From contig CAVRAI010000015.1 of assembly GCA_963718915.1 (NCBI GenBank), positions 510,001 through 542,000 of the forward strand: a DNA stretch of 32,000 bases. The letters are read 5' to 3'. A program made the translations under genes and the position numbers. Every line of letters starts with the position of its first letter. Within the stretch, counting starts at the first letter, position 1. Under the pieces are notes generated by a model. That model did not search any database. It was not told the origin of the DNA and was given only the letters and a program-made list of their open reading frames with translations. The stretch is from an uncultured Chloroflexia bacterium. Its GTDB lineage: Bacteria; Chloroflexota; Ktedonobacteria; Ktedonobacterales; JADMIN01. Positions 17,077-26,300 of this stretch are shown here, in pieces.

Positions 17077-19776
17077 ATGCCGAGAGTATGGACCCGACGA
17101 GCGTTGATCCCGGTAGTCACTATCGTAGCGCTCGCGGCCATCATCACGTCCGTCGCGTTGGTGCGCGGGCAGACCGCGCAGGCAAACACAGCAACCGCTC
17201 GTCCCGGATATTATCAGCGGGACAACGCATTGGTCAATCGTCTTCTGAAAGCGTCTCATCAAACTTCCGCAAGCACGAACGCCGCAGCCGCGAATGTCGC
17301 GAGTGATCCAGACCAGGGCGGCGACGATGATCAGGCGGAGACCCCGGAGCAGTTCGCCTATGCGCAGCGCGCCGCGCCCGGTGGTTATATCGCTCCGTCG
17401 GCGGTCATCAATGGTCAGCAACAGGCCAACAGCATGGCCAGCGCTGGTTCGGGCTTCCCCTGGCAGGAAGTCGGCCCGCGGACGCTCAACAACGGCAACT
17501 ACTTCCCTGAGCCAGTCTCCGGGCGTCTGCTCGCTGTCGCGTTTGATCCGACCAACTCGCACATCATTTATGTTGGATCGGCGCAGGGCGGCATCTGGAA
17601 GACCACCGACGGCGGCCAGCACTGGAAGCCGCTCAGTGACTTCGAGCCTTCGCTGGCGATCAATACCATCGCCATCGATGGCAAGAACCCGAACATCATC
17701 TTCGCGGGTACCGGCGAAGATAACCTTTCGTGCGACTCCTATCAGGGTCAGGGTATCCTGCGTTCCACCGATGGTGGCAACACCTGGAAGGTGTTGGGCA
17801 GAAGTCTCTTCGCGGGTACGGGCATTGGCAACATCTTGCTCGATCCCCGCTATGAGGGCAACGCCAACAACGAGCACCTGATTATCGGCGCGGGTTTCGC
17901 CGGGCGCTCCAATAGCTCGACCGAGTCGTGCGACAATTCGCTGCCCGCTGGCCAGAACCCACCATACGGGGTGTTCACCTCCAACGATGGCGGCCAGAGC
18001 TTCACCGAGACGCTCAGCGTCGGCTCATCCGCGGACTTCCCCTTTGAGCTGGGCACCAGCGATATGGTCATGTCGCCGTCTAACCCGAACGTGATCTATG
18101 CCGCCGAGCAGATCGAGGGCATCTTCAAGAGCACCGACGCAGGCAAGACCTGGACGAACCTCAACACCGCCAGCAGTGGGATGCCCGCTCCTGAGAGCGG
18201 CTTCGACCGCATCCAGCTGGCAATCGCGAAGTCGAATCCCAATGTGTTGTATAGCGCCTACTCGAACGTGGTTTTCCTTGGCACACACATGCAGGCGTTC
18301 CGCACGAACAATGCTGGCACGACCTGGAAGGATTTGACGAGTGTTCCAGATGTCTGCGACGGGCAGTGCTGGTATGACATGCCCATCGCCGTCAGCCCGA
18401 CCGACCCGAACTCGGTCTTCATTGGTGGCAACGCCAACTACTCGTACATCTTTACGCTCTTTGGCGAACCGCCTGACCCAGCCGACTGCGCGACCATCGC
18501 CGCGCTGAGCAATTTGCCCGCCGACTGTAACGCAACCATCGCGAAGTCCACCAACGGCGGCAAGACCTGGCAGGACATCGGCCTCGGTGATGTGGGGACC
18601 AACGGCTTCCCGAAGGGCCAGTACACGCTGCACCCAGACGATCACGCGATTGTCTTTGACCCGAACAATCCAAACATCATGTATACCGGCACCGATGGCG
18701 GCCTGTTCTACACCACGAATGGCGGCCATAGCTGGCATGACCTGAATCCTGGCCTTGGCACCCTCCAGTTCCAGGCCATCTCGGTCAGCCCCAACGGGCA
18801 GATCTTTGGTGGCACGCAGGACAACGGCACGGAGCAATTCAAGCCGTCAACTGGCCAGACGTGGAACAGCGTGGATGGCGGTGACGGCGGCCTGACGCAG
18901 ATCGACCCCTCGAATCCGAACACAATCTACCATACCTATGCTGGCGGGAGTCTAGTGCGCTCTGACGATGACGGCCAGACGTGGAACGAGGTTGACGCTC
19001 CGTTCTTCGACGACTTCGCCTCCTTCTACCCCGCGTTCGCGCTGGCGCAGTCGAAGCCCAGTACGCTCTACTACGGCACCTATCGCATCTGGCGGACGGA
19101 CAATAAGGGCGGAACTGGCGCGGCGTCTGACTGGACGGCCATCAGCCCGGCGCTGGAACCCGCGAACTGCGGCTTCAACTGCATCGTGGATGTCGCCGTC
19201 TCGCCGGTGAATCCGAATGTGGTGGTTGTCGCGGGCGGCGATGGGAAGATCTGGCAGAGCACGAACGCTGATTCGGCCAGCGCAACCTGGACGGCGATCA
19301 ACAACGCGACGACGCCTAACCGCTTCCCGACGCAGATCATCTTCGCGCCAGGCTCGCAGAACACGATCTATATCACGTTCTCGGGCTTCAACAGCAACGC
19401 TGGCTCCTCGGCGCCGGGTCATGTCTTCCGCAGCAGCAATATCGGCGCAGCGGCGCCAACCTTCACCGAGGTTGATGGTCAGAATGGTGGGAACTCGTTC
19501 TTCGCCATCCCCGACCTGCCCACGAACAGCGTGCTCGTAGACCCGCAGTTGCCGAGCGTGCTCTTCGTGGCGGCGGACTACGGCGTCTATGCCTCTCCCG
19601 ATAGCGGCAAGCACTGGTTCCGCATCGACTTCAACCTGCCGCACTCGGAGGTTTACCTGCTTCAGTACAATCAACAAACAATAGCATTGTGGCCGCCACA
19701 CACGGCCGCGGTGTCTGGCAGCTCCCGTTGCCAGGTAGCGCTTCATTCAACCAGTTGGTTCACTAATGGTGGATGA
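17077..19776 (+). CDS. Large secreted Asp-box (BNR) repeat beta-propeller protein (sialidase/sortilin-Vps10/GH74-like fold)
   Basis: ORF 17008..19776. Start placed at ATG 17077, 6 nt after AAGGAG (17065-17070), giving MPRVWTRRALIPVVTIVALAAIITSVALVRGQTAQA (signal). There are at least nine S/T-x-D-x-G-x-T/S-W boxes: TTDGGQHW, STDGGNTW, SNDGGQSF, STDAGKTW, TNNAGTTW, STNGGKTW, TTNGGHSW, SDDDGQTW, SPDSGKHW. The last ~30 codons appear frame-shifted (see findings), and the likely true stop is TAA 19764-19766. Confidence 0.9.
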   Translation: MPRVWTRRALIPVVTIVALAAIITSVALVRGQTAQANTATARPGYYQRDNALVNRLLKASHQTSASTNAAAANVASDPDQGGDDDQAETPEQFAYAQRAAPGGYIAPSAVINGQQQANSMASAGSGFPWQEVGPRTLNNGNYFPEPVSGRLLAVAFDPTNSHIIYVGSAQGGIWKTTDGGQHWKPLSDFEPSLAINTIAIDGKNPNIIFAGTGEDNLSCDSYQGQGILRSTDGGNTWKVLGRSLFAGTGIGNILLDPRYEGNANNEHLIIGAGFAGRSNSSTESCDNSLPAGQNPPYGVFTSNDGGQSFTETLSVGSSADFPFELGTSDMVMSPSNPNVIYAAEQIEGIFKSTDAGKTWTNLNTASSGMPAPESGFDRIQLAIAKSNPNVLYSAYSNVVFLGTHMQAFRTNNAGTTWKDLTSVPDVCDGQCWYDMPIAVSPTDPNSVFIGGNANYSYIFTLFGEPPDPADCATIAALSNLPADCNATIAKSTNGGKTWQDIGLGDVGTNGFPKGQYTLHPDDHAIVFDPNNPNIMYTGTDGGLFYTTNGGHSWHDLNPGLGTLQFQAISVSPNGQIFGGTQDNGTEQFKPSTGQTWNSVDGGDGGLTQIDPSNPNTIYHTYAGGSLVRSDDDGQTWNEVDAPFFDDFASFYPAFALAQSKPSTLYYGTYRIWRTDNKGGTGAASDWTAISPALEPANCGFNCIVDVAVSPVNPNVVVVAGGDGKIWQSTNADSASATWTAINNATTPNRFPTQIIFAPGSQNTIYITFSGFNSNAGSSAPGHVFRSSNIGAAAPTFTEVDGQNGGNSFFAIPDLPTNSVLVDPQLPSVLFVAADYGVYASPDSGKHWFRIDFNLPHSEVYLLQYNQQTIALWPPHTAAVSGSSRCQVALHSTSWFTNGG

Positions 19777-20042
19777 GATTGGCGGCGCGAGGCAACTTGC
19801 CCGCCATCTCACCTGACCAGGCGAGACCACGGCGGATTCCCCAGGCGCCCTTGGGGGATTCGCCGTTCTCGTCATGCGGATATGTCATCGGTCGCGGTAT
19901 GTCGTGGTATGTCGTGGCGTGACCAGGAACACACTGCATGTTTGCGGCGTCGTAGACCTGGTGACCCATAATGCGCACGGATAAAATACATGTGGGACAG
20001 ACAACGCGGAATGACTGGCGGCGAGGAAAGCGAGGCGAGTCT

Positions 20043-20606
20043 ATGTCCGACCCTGACATCGAAGCGCGCGGCAGAGGCGTGGGACGTTACCGTGCGATGT
20101 GTTTTTGTGTTGTGCTGGCGCTGGCTCTAATCGTGGCGGGTTGCGGCGTCACGACCGCGAATGGCGGAGAGGCGTCCACGGGCACACCATCGCCGACGAT
20201 CAATGCCACGGCTACGCCAAGTCTCGCGCCCCCGCCAGCCTCAACCGCGACCCGGACCCCCACTGGAGGCTCAAGCGCCGTGGCATGCCCTGAGAGCAGC
20301 CAGGGTCCTGGTAATCCAACGCTCATTCTGACGCCAACGACACCAGATCGTGCAGGGAGCGCGCACGTCGGCGACATCGTGCAGGTGCGGTTGCCCACCA
20401 CCTCGAAGTGGTCGTATGCGCCCGCGCAATCCTCCGGCGCGCTCAGCCCAACCCAGCCCAGTGGCGTCCTGATTCACTCGCTCAACGCCTGCGTCTGGAC
20501 CTTCAAGGCCGTCGCGGCAGGGAACCCAGACGCTGCCGTTTTCTGGTCAGGCGATCTGCAAGGTGGGACAGCCCTGCGCCGACTACAGAATCGCGATGAC
20601 ATTTAG
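20043..20606 (+). CDS. Lipoprotein, function unknown
   Basis: ORF 19971..20606. Start placed at ATG 20043, giving MSDPDIEARGRGVGRYRAMCFCVVLALALIVAGC (lipobox IVAGC). A Pro/Thr/Ser linker follows, then a small domain (GDIVQVRLPTTSKW...CVWTFKAVAAG). The C-terminus appears frame-shifted at 20520-20522, with the likely true stop at TAG 20620-20622. Confidence 0.65.
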   Translation: MSDPDIEARGRGVGRYRAMCFCVVLALALIVAGCGVTTANGGEASTGTPSPTINATATPSLAPPPASTATRTPTGGSSAVACPESSQGPGNPTLILTPTTPDRAGSAHVGDIVQVRLPTTSKWSYAPAQSSGALSPTQPSGVLIHSLNACVWTFKAVAAGNPDAAVFWSGDLQGGTALRRLQNRDDI

Positions 20607-20695
20607 CGTCACCGTTTCATAGCAGCCCTGCCGCATCGCGTTCCTTCGGTGTGATACCCTGCCGGAGAAGTCAACATCGAAGGGAGGCGTTCACT

Positions 20696-21520
20696 GTGGC
20701 CGAGACAAAGGCCGGATATATCGAACAGGTGGATGGCAGACTCTACTACGAGGAGGCAGGCGAGGGAGAGTCACTTGTACTGGGTCATGCTGGCTTCGTA
20801 GATAGCAGCATGTGGGATCCCCAGTGGGAGGCGTTCGTGCAACAATATCGCGTGATCCGCTACGACATGCGTGGGTTCGGCAAGTCTGATCCAGCTCCGG
20901 GGCCACGCAACCGGAGGAACGATCTCGCGCAATTGCTGCAGTCGCTACGGGTCGAGCGCGCCGCGCTGCTGGGATGTTCGATGAGCGGCACGATCATGCT
21001 TGACTTCGCGCTGGAACATCCGGCGATGGTCTCGGCCCTGGTGATCGTTTCCAGCTCCCCCAGCGGCTACCAGCCCGAAGGCGACCCTCCGCCGGAGCTT
21101 ATGGCGATGTTCCCGGCGGCGAAGCAGGGCGAGACTGCGCGCGTCTCCGAGCTTCAGATGCGCCTATGGATCGATGGCCCGACCCGCCAGCCAGACCAGG
21201 TCAATCCAGCTGTGCGCCAGCGCGCCGCCGAGATGAACCGCATTCCGGTCGAGCGAAACACGTTCTTCACCGCCGATCTCCAGCCCTTCGAGCCACTCGA
21301 TCCGCCCGCAATCAGCCGTCTGGCCGATATCTACGCTCCCGCGCTCATCGTGGCAGGCGCGCTCGATTATCCGACCACGATACATGCGGCGGACATCATG
21401 ATCGAGGGTATCTCCGGCGCTGGGAAGCATCTCTTTGCCCACAGCGCCCACCTGCCCAACATGGAAGAGCCGGACGAGTTCACCCAGGTCGTGCTGGAGT
21501 TTTTGGCTGGACAGAATTAG
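20696..21520 (+). CDS. Alpha/beta-fold hydrolase
   Basis: ORF 20651..21520. Start placed at GTG 20696, 8 nt after AGGGAGG (20681-20687). LVLGHAGFVDSSMW (HG oxyanion region), nucleophile elbow GCSMSG and C-terminal AHLPNMEEPDEF (catalytic His) are typical. Confidence 0.9.
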   Translation: MAETKAGYIEQVDGRLYYEEAGEGESLVLGHAGFVDSSMWDPQWEAFVQQYRVIRYDMRGFGKSDPAPGPRNRRNDLAQLLQSLRVERAALLGCSMSGTIMLDFALEHPAMVSALVIVSSSPSGYQPEGDPPPELMAMFPAAKQGETARVSELQMRLWIDGPTRQPDQVNPAVRQRAAEMNRIPVERNTFFTADLQPFEPLDPPAISRLADIYAPALIVAGALDYPTTIHAADIMIEGISGAGKHLFAHSAHLPNMEEPDEFTQVVLEFLAGQN

Positions 21521-21565
21521 ACGCTACGCGCGTTTCGCATCTTGACAACTGTCAGTCACATGTTT

Positions 21566-21592
21566 CATCATACTGTACAGTACAGTATGATG
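21566..21592. promoter_or_regulatory. Perfect 27-bp palindrome, candidate TetR operator overlapping the promoter
   Basis: CATCATACTGTAC-A-GTACAGTATGATG (13-bp arms, 1-nt centre) lies 21 nt upstream of the TetR ATG. TTGACA at 21542-21547 is followed 18 nt later by CATCAT, the left edge of the palindrome and a possible -10. Confidence 0.7.
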
Positions 21593-21612
21593 TTTTATAG
21601 GGGGTGTGTTCG

Positions 21613-22233
21613 ATGGACGAACCTGCCCGCCCACATGCCAAACGGCAACAGATTCGCACTGGCGCGCAACGGCTTTTCCTGAAGTGGGGGTATGAGCGCG
21701 CCTCGATGGATGCGATTGCCGCCGAGGCACGCGTTTCCAAGCAGACACTCTATCGCTACTACCAGACAAAGGATGCTCTTTTTGTAGACATCCTGCGGCA
21801 GATGACGGTGGGGAGCTTCCTGCGCGAGACGCCTGCGATTGCGGATGAGTCGCCGCTCACCAGCAGCGCCGACCTCGAGGCGGCGCTCGTGGCCTTCATC
21901 ACAAGCGCGAGCGAGTACCTCTTTGCGCCTGCCTACATAGCGATGCTGCGGGTGCTCATCGCCGAGGCTCCACGTTTTCCCGAGCTTGCCGAGCAGATGC
22001 GCTCGACGCTCATCGCGCAGGGGAGCGGCGCCCTCACGCAACTGTTGACTCGCGCCTATCAAACCGGGATCATCGCACAGCCGCCGACAGACGAGATGCT
22101 GCTGCTGGTGGTCGCGCCGTTGCTGGCCTATCTACTCGCCGATGGTTTGATCGCGGGGCACGAGCAGCCGCCAAAACCGCCGCATGAAACCCTGGCGACA
22201 TTTGTCCGCTTTGCTATGGCTGCAATTACCTGA
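21613..22233 (+). CDS. TetR/AcrR-family transcriptional regulator
   Basis: RQQIRTGAQRLFLKWGYERASMDAIAAEARVSKQTLYRYYQTKDALF is the canonical TetR N-terminal HTH. Start is ATG 21613; the ORF track offers GTG 21604. Confidence 0.9.
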   Translation: MDEPARPHAKRQQIRTGAQRLFLKWGYERASMDAIAAEARVSKQTLYRYYQTKDALFVDILRQMTVGSFLRETPAIADESPLTSSADLEAALVAFITSASEYLFAPAYIAMLRVLIAEAPRFPELAEQMRSTLIAQGSGALTQLLTRAYQTGIIAQPPTDEMLLLVVAPLLAYLLADGLIAGHEQPPKPPHETLATFVRFAMAAIT

Positions 22234-22256
22234 GGGTTGCCTGCGATGGGAGGGTC

Positions 22257-22754
22257 ATGCGGATGTCCACGACTGAATCGTTGTTATTGCTGGCCATCGC
22301 CGCCACGGCGCTGGATGGCATATTGGCGGGCGCCAGTCTCGATCAATCTATCAAGCAATTGCCCGCGCGTCGCCGCATCGGCGCAATCGCCTACTCGGTC
22401 TATGCGCGCGCTGCCGATCTGGGGACGGGTATCGTCTGGTACGCTGCGCTCGGAATCGGCGCGGCGCTGCTCACCATCGTCACGGCCATTGTCGCGCTTG
22501 TGCAGCGAGTGCCTACGAGCGTCGCGTTACCGCTGTACCTCGCCGCCGCCGCCAGTCTGGCGCACTCGTTCACCACGTCACGCGCCGCGCCCACGATGCT
22601 CTCCCAGCGCCAAATTGCGGCGACAGTAGAGAACGAACCAAAACTGAAGGCGATCTTCGACAGATTTGAACGCTGGCAGACGGTTCGAGCCATTCTGCAG
22701 TCCGCGACTTTCGCCCTGATGCTCTGGGCGCTAGCAGCCATCGCGCTGGCATGA
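22257..22754 (+). CDS. DUF1772-like (anthrone-oxygenase-like) four-helix membrane protein
   Basis: 165 aa; GGGAGGG lies just upstream of the ATG. Four hydrophobic segments with the family layout (LAGASLDQSIKQLPA..., ...FERWQTVRAILQSATFALMLWAL). Assigned by pattern recall only. Confidence 0.6.
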   Translation: MRMSTTESLLLLAIAATALDGILAGASLDQSIKQLPARRRIGAIAYSVYARAADLGTGIVWYAALGIGAALLTIVTAIVALVQRVPTSVALPLYLAAAASLAHSFTTSRAAPTMLSQRQIAATVENEPKLKAIFDRFERWQTVRAILQSATFALMLWALAAIALA

Positions 22755-22804
22755 CGCTCTCTGGTTGATGATTGGCCAGTTTCTCAGAAGGGGAAGCGCC
22801 GCTC

Positions 22805-23371
22805 ATGAATCTGTATCAACTTGCGCTCTTTCTCCATATCGTCGGCGTCGTCTGTTTCTTCATGCCATTAGGTGTGTATCTCTTCGGCTTGCTGGCGCTA
22901 CGGCGCGCGAGTCAGGCGCAGCAGGTACGCACAGTGTGCCAGGCGATCTTTGCGACCGACGCGGTTGCCGTGGGTGGGATACTGCTGCTGGCAGGCGCGG
23001 GCCTCTACATGGCTATCACAACATGGGGACTGGCTACCGGGTGGGTGCTCGTCGCGATCATCAGTTTCGCATTGATAGCGCCTATTGGCCCCCTGCTGGT
23101 TGAGCGAAGTTTGCACGTTATCGCCAACCTGGCCGCTGAAGCGCCCAACGGGCCACTATCGCGCGAAATCCAACAACGCATCGCCGATCCCGCCATGGGC
23201 GCGGGGCTGCTACTTATGATTGCGTGGCTACTGGGCATTATTTACTTGATGACCACCAAGCCGACGCTACAAGGCGCGATTTTAGCGATGAGCGTCGCGG
23301 CGATTGTGGGCATCCTGACAGGTATGCCGCTCTGGTTCGCCCGTCGGCGCGCGAAAACGGTCACTGGCTGA
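22805..23371 (+). CDS. Integral membrane protein (DUF2269-like)
   Basis: ORF 22772..23371. Start placed at ATG 22805 (MNLYQLALFLHIVGVVCFF...). Four or five hydrophobic helices. The family name is tentative. Confidence 0.55.
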   Translation: MNLYQLALFLHIVGVVCFFMPLGVYLFGLLALRRASQAQQVRTVCQAIFATDAVAVGGILLLAGAGLYMAITTWGLATGWVLVAIISFALIAPIGPLLVERSLHVIANLAAEAPNGPLSREIQQRIADPAMGAGLLLMIAWLLGIIYLMTTKPTLQGAILAMSVAAIVGILTGMPLWFARRRAKTVTG

Positions 23372-23387
23372 TACTCGCGTGGGATGG

Positions 23388-26300
23388 CTATTCCGCCAAG
23401 TCCTCCTTGCCCCCCTCGTTTCCCTCGTCCCCTTCGTCGTCTTCGACGCCGAGCATCGCGTCGATTTCCGCTAGCGCCTGCTCGCGCTCGCGCTGCCAGC
23501 GGCGGAGTGAGAGGCGATGCACCTGCCAGCCCGCGCGCTCCAGAATCGTCTGACCGTTGACCGTATCGAGCGAGACCTCGCCGGGAATCGGCGCGTGGCG
23601 TTCGGGGTCGCCGTCGCAAGCGATGGCCAGCGCTCGCCCGCCGTACTGCGCCACCACGTCCACTGCGAAGCCCGCGACTGGGTAGCCTATATATACCTCG
23701 TAGCCGCCGCGCTGCCGCAGCGCCTGGCCAATCTCGCGCTCGAAGGCGGTGCCACCATCCGTGTGATCCTCGGGACGATCCGGCTCCAGGCATTCCCCCG
23801 CATAGTCGAGGTAGCGGCCCAGCAAATGCTCGGGCGGCAGGTGGCGGGCATCCAGCCCGGTGAAGATCACCTGGCGACGGCGGGCGCGTGTCACCGCGAC
23901 GTTAAAGAGATTGTCGTTATTCATGAAGGTGACGGTGCTGCGGTGTGATGATGGGTCGGCGCAGAAGCTGAGCAGCATAATGTCGCGCTCGTCGCCCTGG
24001 TAGGTATGCGCCGTCCCAATGGCGATGTCGTGGTCCTGAAGAATCTTTGACTTGAGCTTCTGCGCCAGCATCCGCGTCAGATAGTTCACCTGGTCGCGAT
24101 AAGGCGAGAGGACGCCAATGGTCGAGCGTTCGCTGGGGAGCAGCTTCGCCTCGGCTTTGGCGATGTTGTTGATCTCCTTGAGAATCGCCTCAGCCTCCTG
24201 CGGGTTGAAGCCCTCTTTGCCGCGTTTGCCGTTCACCTTGCGCATCTCCACGCTACGAGCGCCGAGTGTATCGGGGCGGCGTGTCATCACGCGCAGCGCC
24301 TGGCCGTAGAATGTGCGGTTGCTGAACTCGATAATCTGCGGCAGGCTGCGATAATGTTCATCCAGCAGGACGACGTCATCCTGCGAGGGCAGCGCGCCGT
24401 TCACCACATCCAGCAGGCTGTGCGTGCGGTAGTTCCACTGCGACCGCTGGCTGGCGGAGAGGCCATGTTGCGAGGCGAGCGCCGCCTGGCGATCCTCGCG
24501 CAGGAACGAGAGATGGCGTAGCTGCTTCGGGTCGCCGCAGACGATGGCCCGCTGGCCGCGATAGAGCAGCGGCAGCGCGCTGGAGACATCACACTGCGAC
24601 GCCTCATCCACGATCACCAGATCGAACATCTCGCGGTCGAGCGGCAGCATCTCGGCGACGTGTGGGTTGGTCGTAGCCCAGATGGGGAACGTGTTGAGCA
24701 GCGCCGAGAAATCCAATTCGGCGAAGATTTTGTCCTGCTCGGCGGTGGTGCGCGCCTCCAGCGCCGTCTTGAAGAGCGAGAGCGTGCGCCGATTGAGCCG
24801 GAGCGCCTCGGCAAGCGCCTCGCGCCGTCGCGCCGCCAGCAACTCACCCACCAGCGCGCCACGGTCCGCGCGCAAGCGGGCATGCCGCGTCAAGAGCGCG
24901 TTCACATCGTCCCGCGCCAGCAACGTGCGCTCGGTCTGTATCAGCCCCGCGCGAAGCTGTTCGCGCCGGAGCACCGCCTCCAGGTGGGGCAGGTCGCTCT
25001 CGGCCAGCCCAATCCGCGAGGCGATGTCGCTGGCGGCCTGCTCGCGTTTGCGTCCGGCCATCCAGCTTACCACAGGCAGTTTGCCGGTGTCGCGGTGGAT
25101 CTCCTCATAGGCAGCTTCGAGCGCCTCCGGGCCGAGCGTGGCTGCTGCCGCCTCATTATAGGCGGGCGGATGGATGCGTCGGAGCGCGGCGACATGCTGT
25201 GTCCAGCGCGTCTCGGCATCCAGCAGGAAGCGAATCTCGGCGTCAAGCTGCGCCAGTTCTTCATCGGCGGCGCGTAGACGGTCTTCGAGCATCTCGATCT
25301 CGCCGGGCCGCGGTCGTGGTGGCGCGCCAGTGCCGTCGAAGAGGTTATCGAGGAATTTCTTCAACTCGTTGCGATAGCGCCGGTCGCCGCCGCGTAGGAT
25401 GACCGTCAGGCTGCCAAGGTGTGGCTGGAGCTTCTCGACGACGACATCTACCGCCTTGTTCATCTTGGAGGAGAGCAGCACCGTCTGCCCGCGCGCCACG
25501 GCGTCCAGGATGATCTGCGCGATGGTGAACGACTTGCCGGTGCCGGGAGGGCCAATCACCAGCGTCAGTGGGCGGCGCTCGGACTGGCGCAGCACGCGCG
25601 TCTGGGCGTTGCTCAACTCCGCGCCACTGAGGATCGGCCGCTCGATCTCCACCTCGGGCAGCATCCCGGTGACGGGGGCGCGCTCGGCGCGGGCGGCGTC
25701 GGTGAAGATGGCGGCGAGCGGCGCCGACATATCGCCGCGTCCGGCCATCATCTGTAGCTCGGTGAGCACGCCACGCGCCTCCTGGGGTCGCCGCACCAGC
25801 GCCATCGCCGAGGCGCAGAGCAACTGCACGGGGCTATCCATCAGGTCGCGCAGGGCCGCCTCGGTCTGTAGCTCCGGCCATGCCTGCAAATCGTCGGTAC
25901 GCAGGTCGGGAATCAGTTCGGCGAGGACGGCGGCGAACTCGCGGATGGCGGCGGTCTCGAAGGGCGCGGTGGGCGCCTGCGCCAGAATCGCCTCGGCGTA
26001 GGCCTGCGCCTGCTCGTCGTTTTCGGCGTCGATCAGCGAGGCCAGCAGCGGGAAGTTGATGTGCTGCTCGTCCAGATCGACGCTCAGATACGCGTGGGAG
26101 CCTTCCTGCTCGATACGCGCGGGCCAGTAGAGCAGTGGCGCGCAGAAGACCTCGCCCTTGCGGCGCGCGGTCTCTGGGCGGCCTCGCCCCACGAGAAAGA
26201 TCGACCCCCAGATGAGGTACTTCTCGCGGCGATTGACGTCGGCGGCGTTCTGCGCGGTGACGCCGGTGCTCAGCGGCACCTCCAGCCGGTCAAGTTGCCC

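Noticed and set aside
16957-19746. Long minus-strand ORFs (16957..17877, 306 aa; 18025..18837, 270 aa; 18952..19746, 264 aa) opposite the Asp-box propeller gene
   Set aside because: They are Arg/Ala/Gly/Val-rich with no motifs and fully overlap a plus-strand gene that has nine clear Asp-box repeats. These are typical shadow ORFs of GC-rich DNA.
19763-20059. 98-aa minus-strand ORF and a GGTATGTCGT x2 tandem (19886-19905) in the spacer between the propeller and lipoprotein genes
   Set aside because: The ORF has no RBS or motif and overlaps the lipoprotein 5' region. A two-unit 10-bp tandem is too short to call a functional repeat.
23242-23793. 183-aa Arg/Gly-rich minus-strand ORF overlapping the 3' end of the helicase gene and the end of the DUF2269-like gene
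   Set aside because: It is in a different frame from the helicase nuclease domain, which is clearly the real reading. Extreme Arg/Gly composition marks it as a GC-driven artefact.
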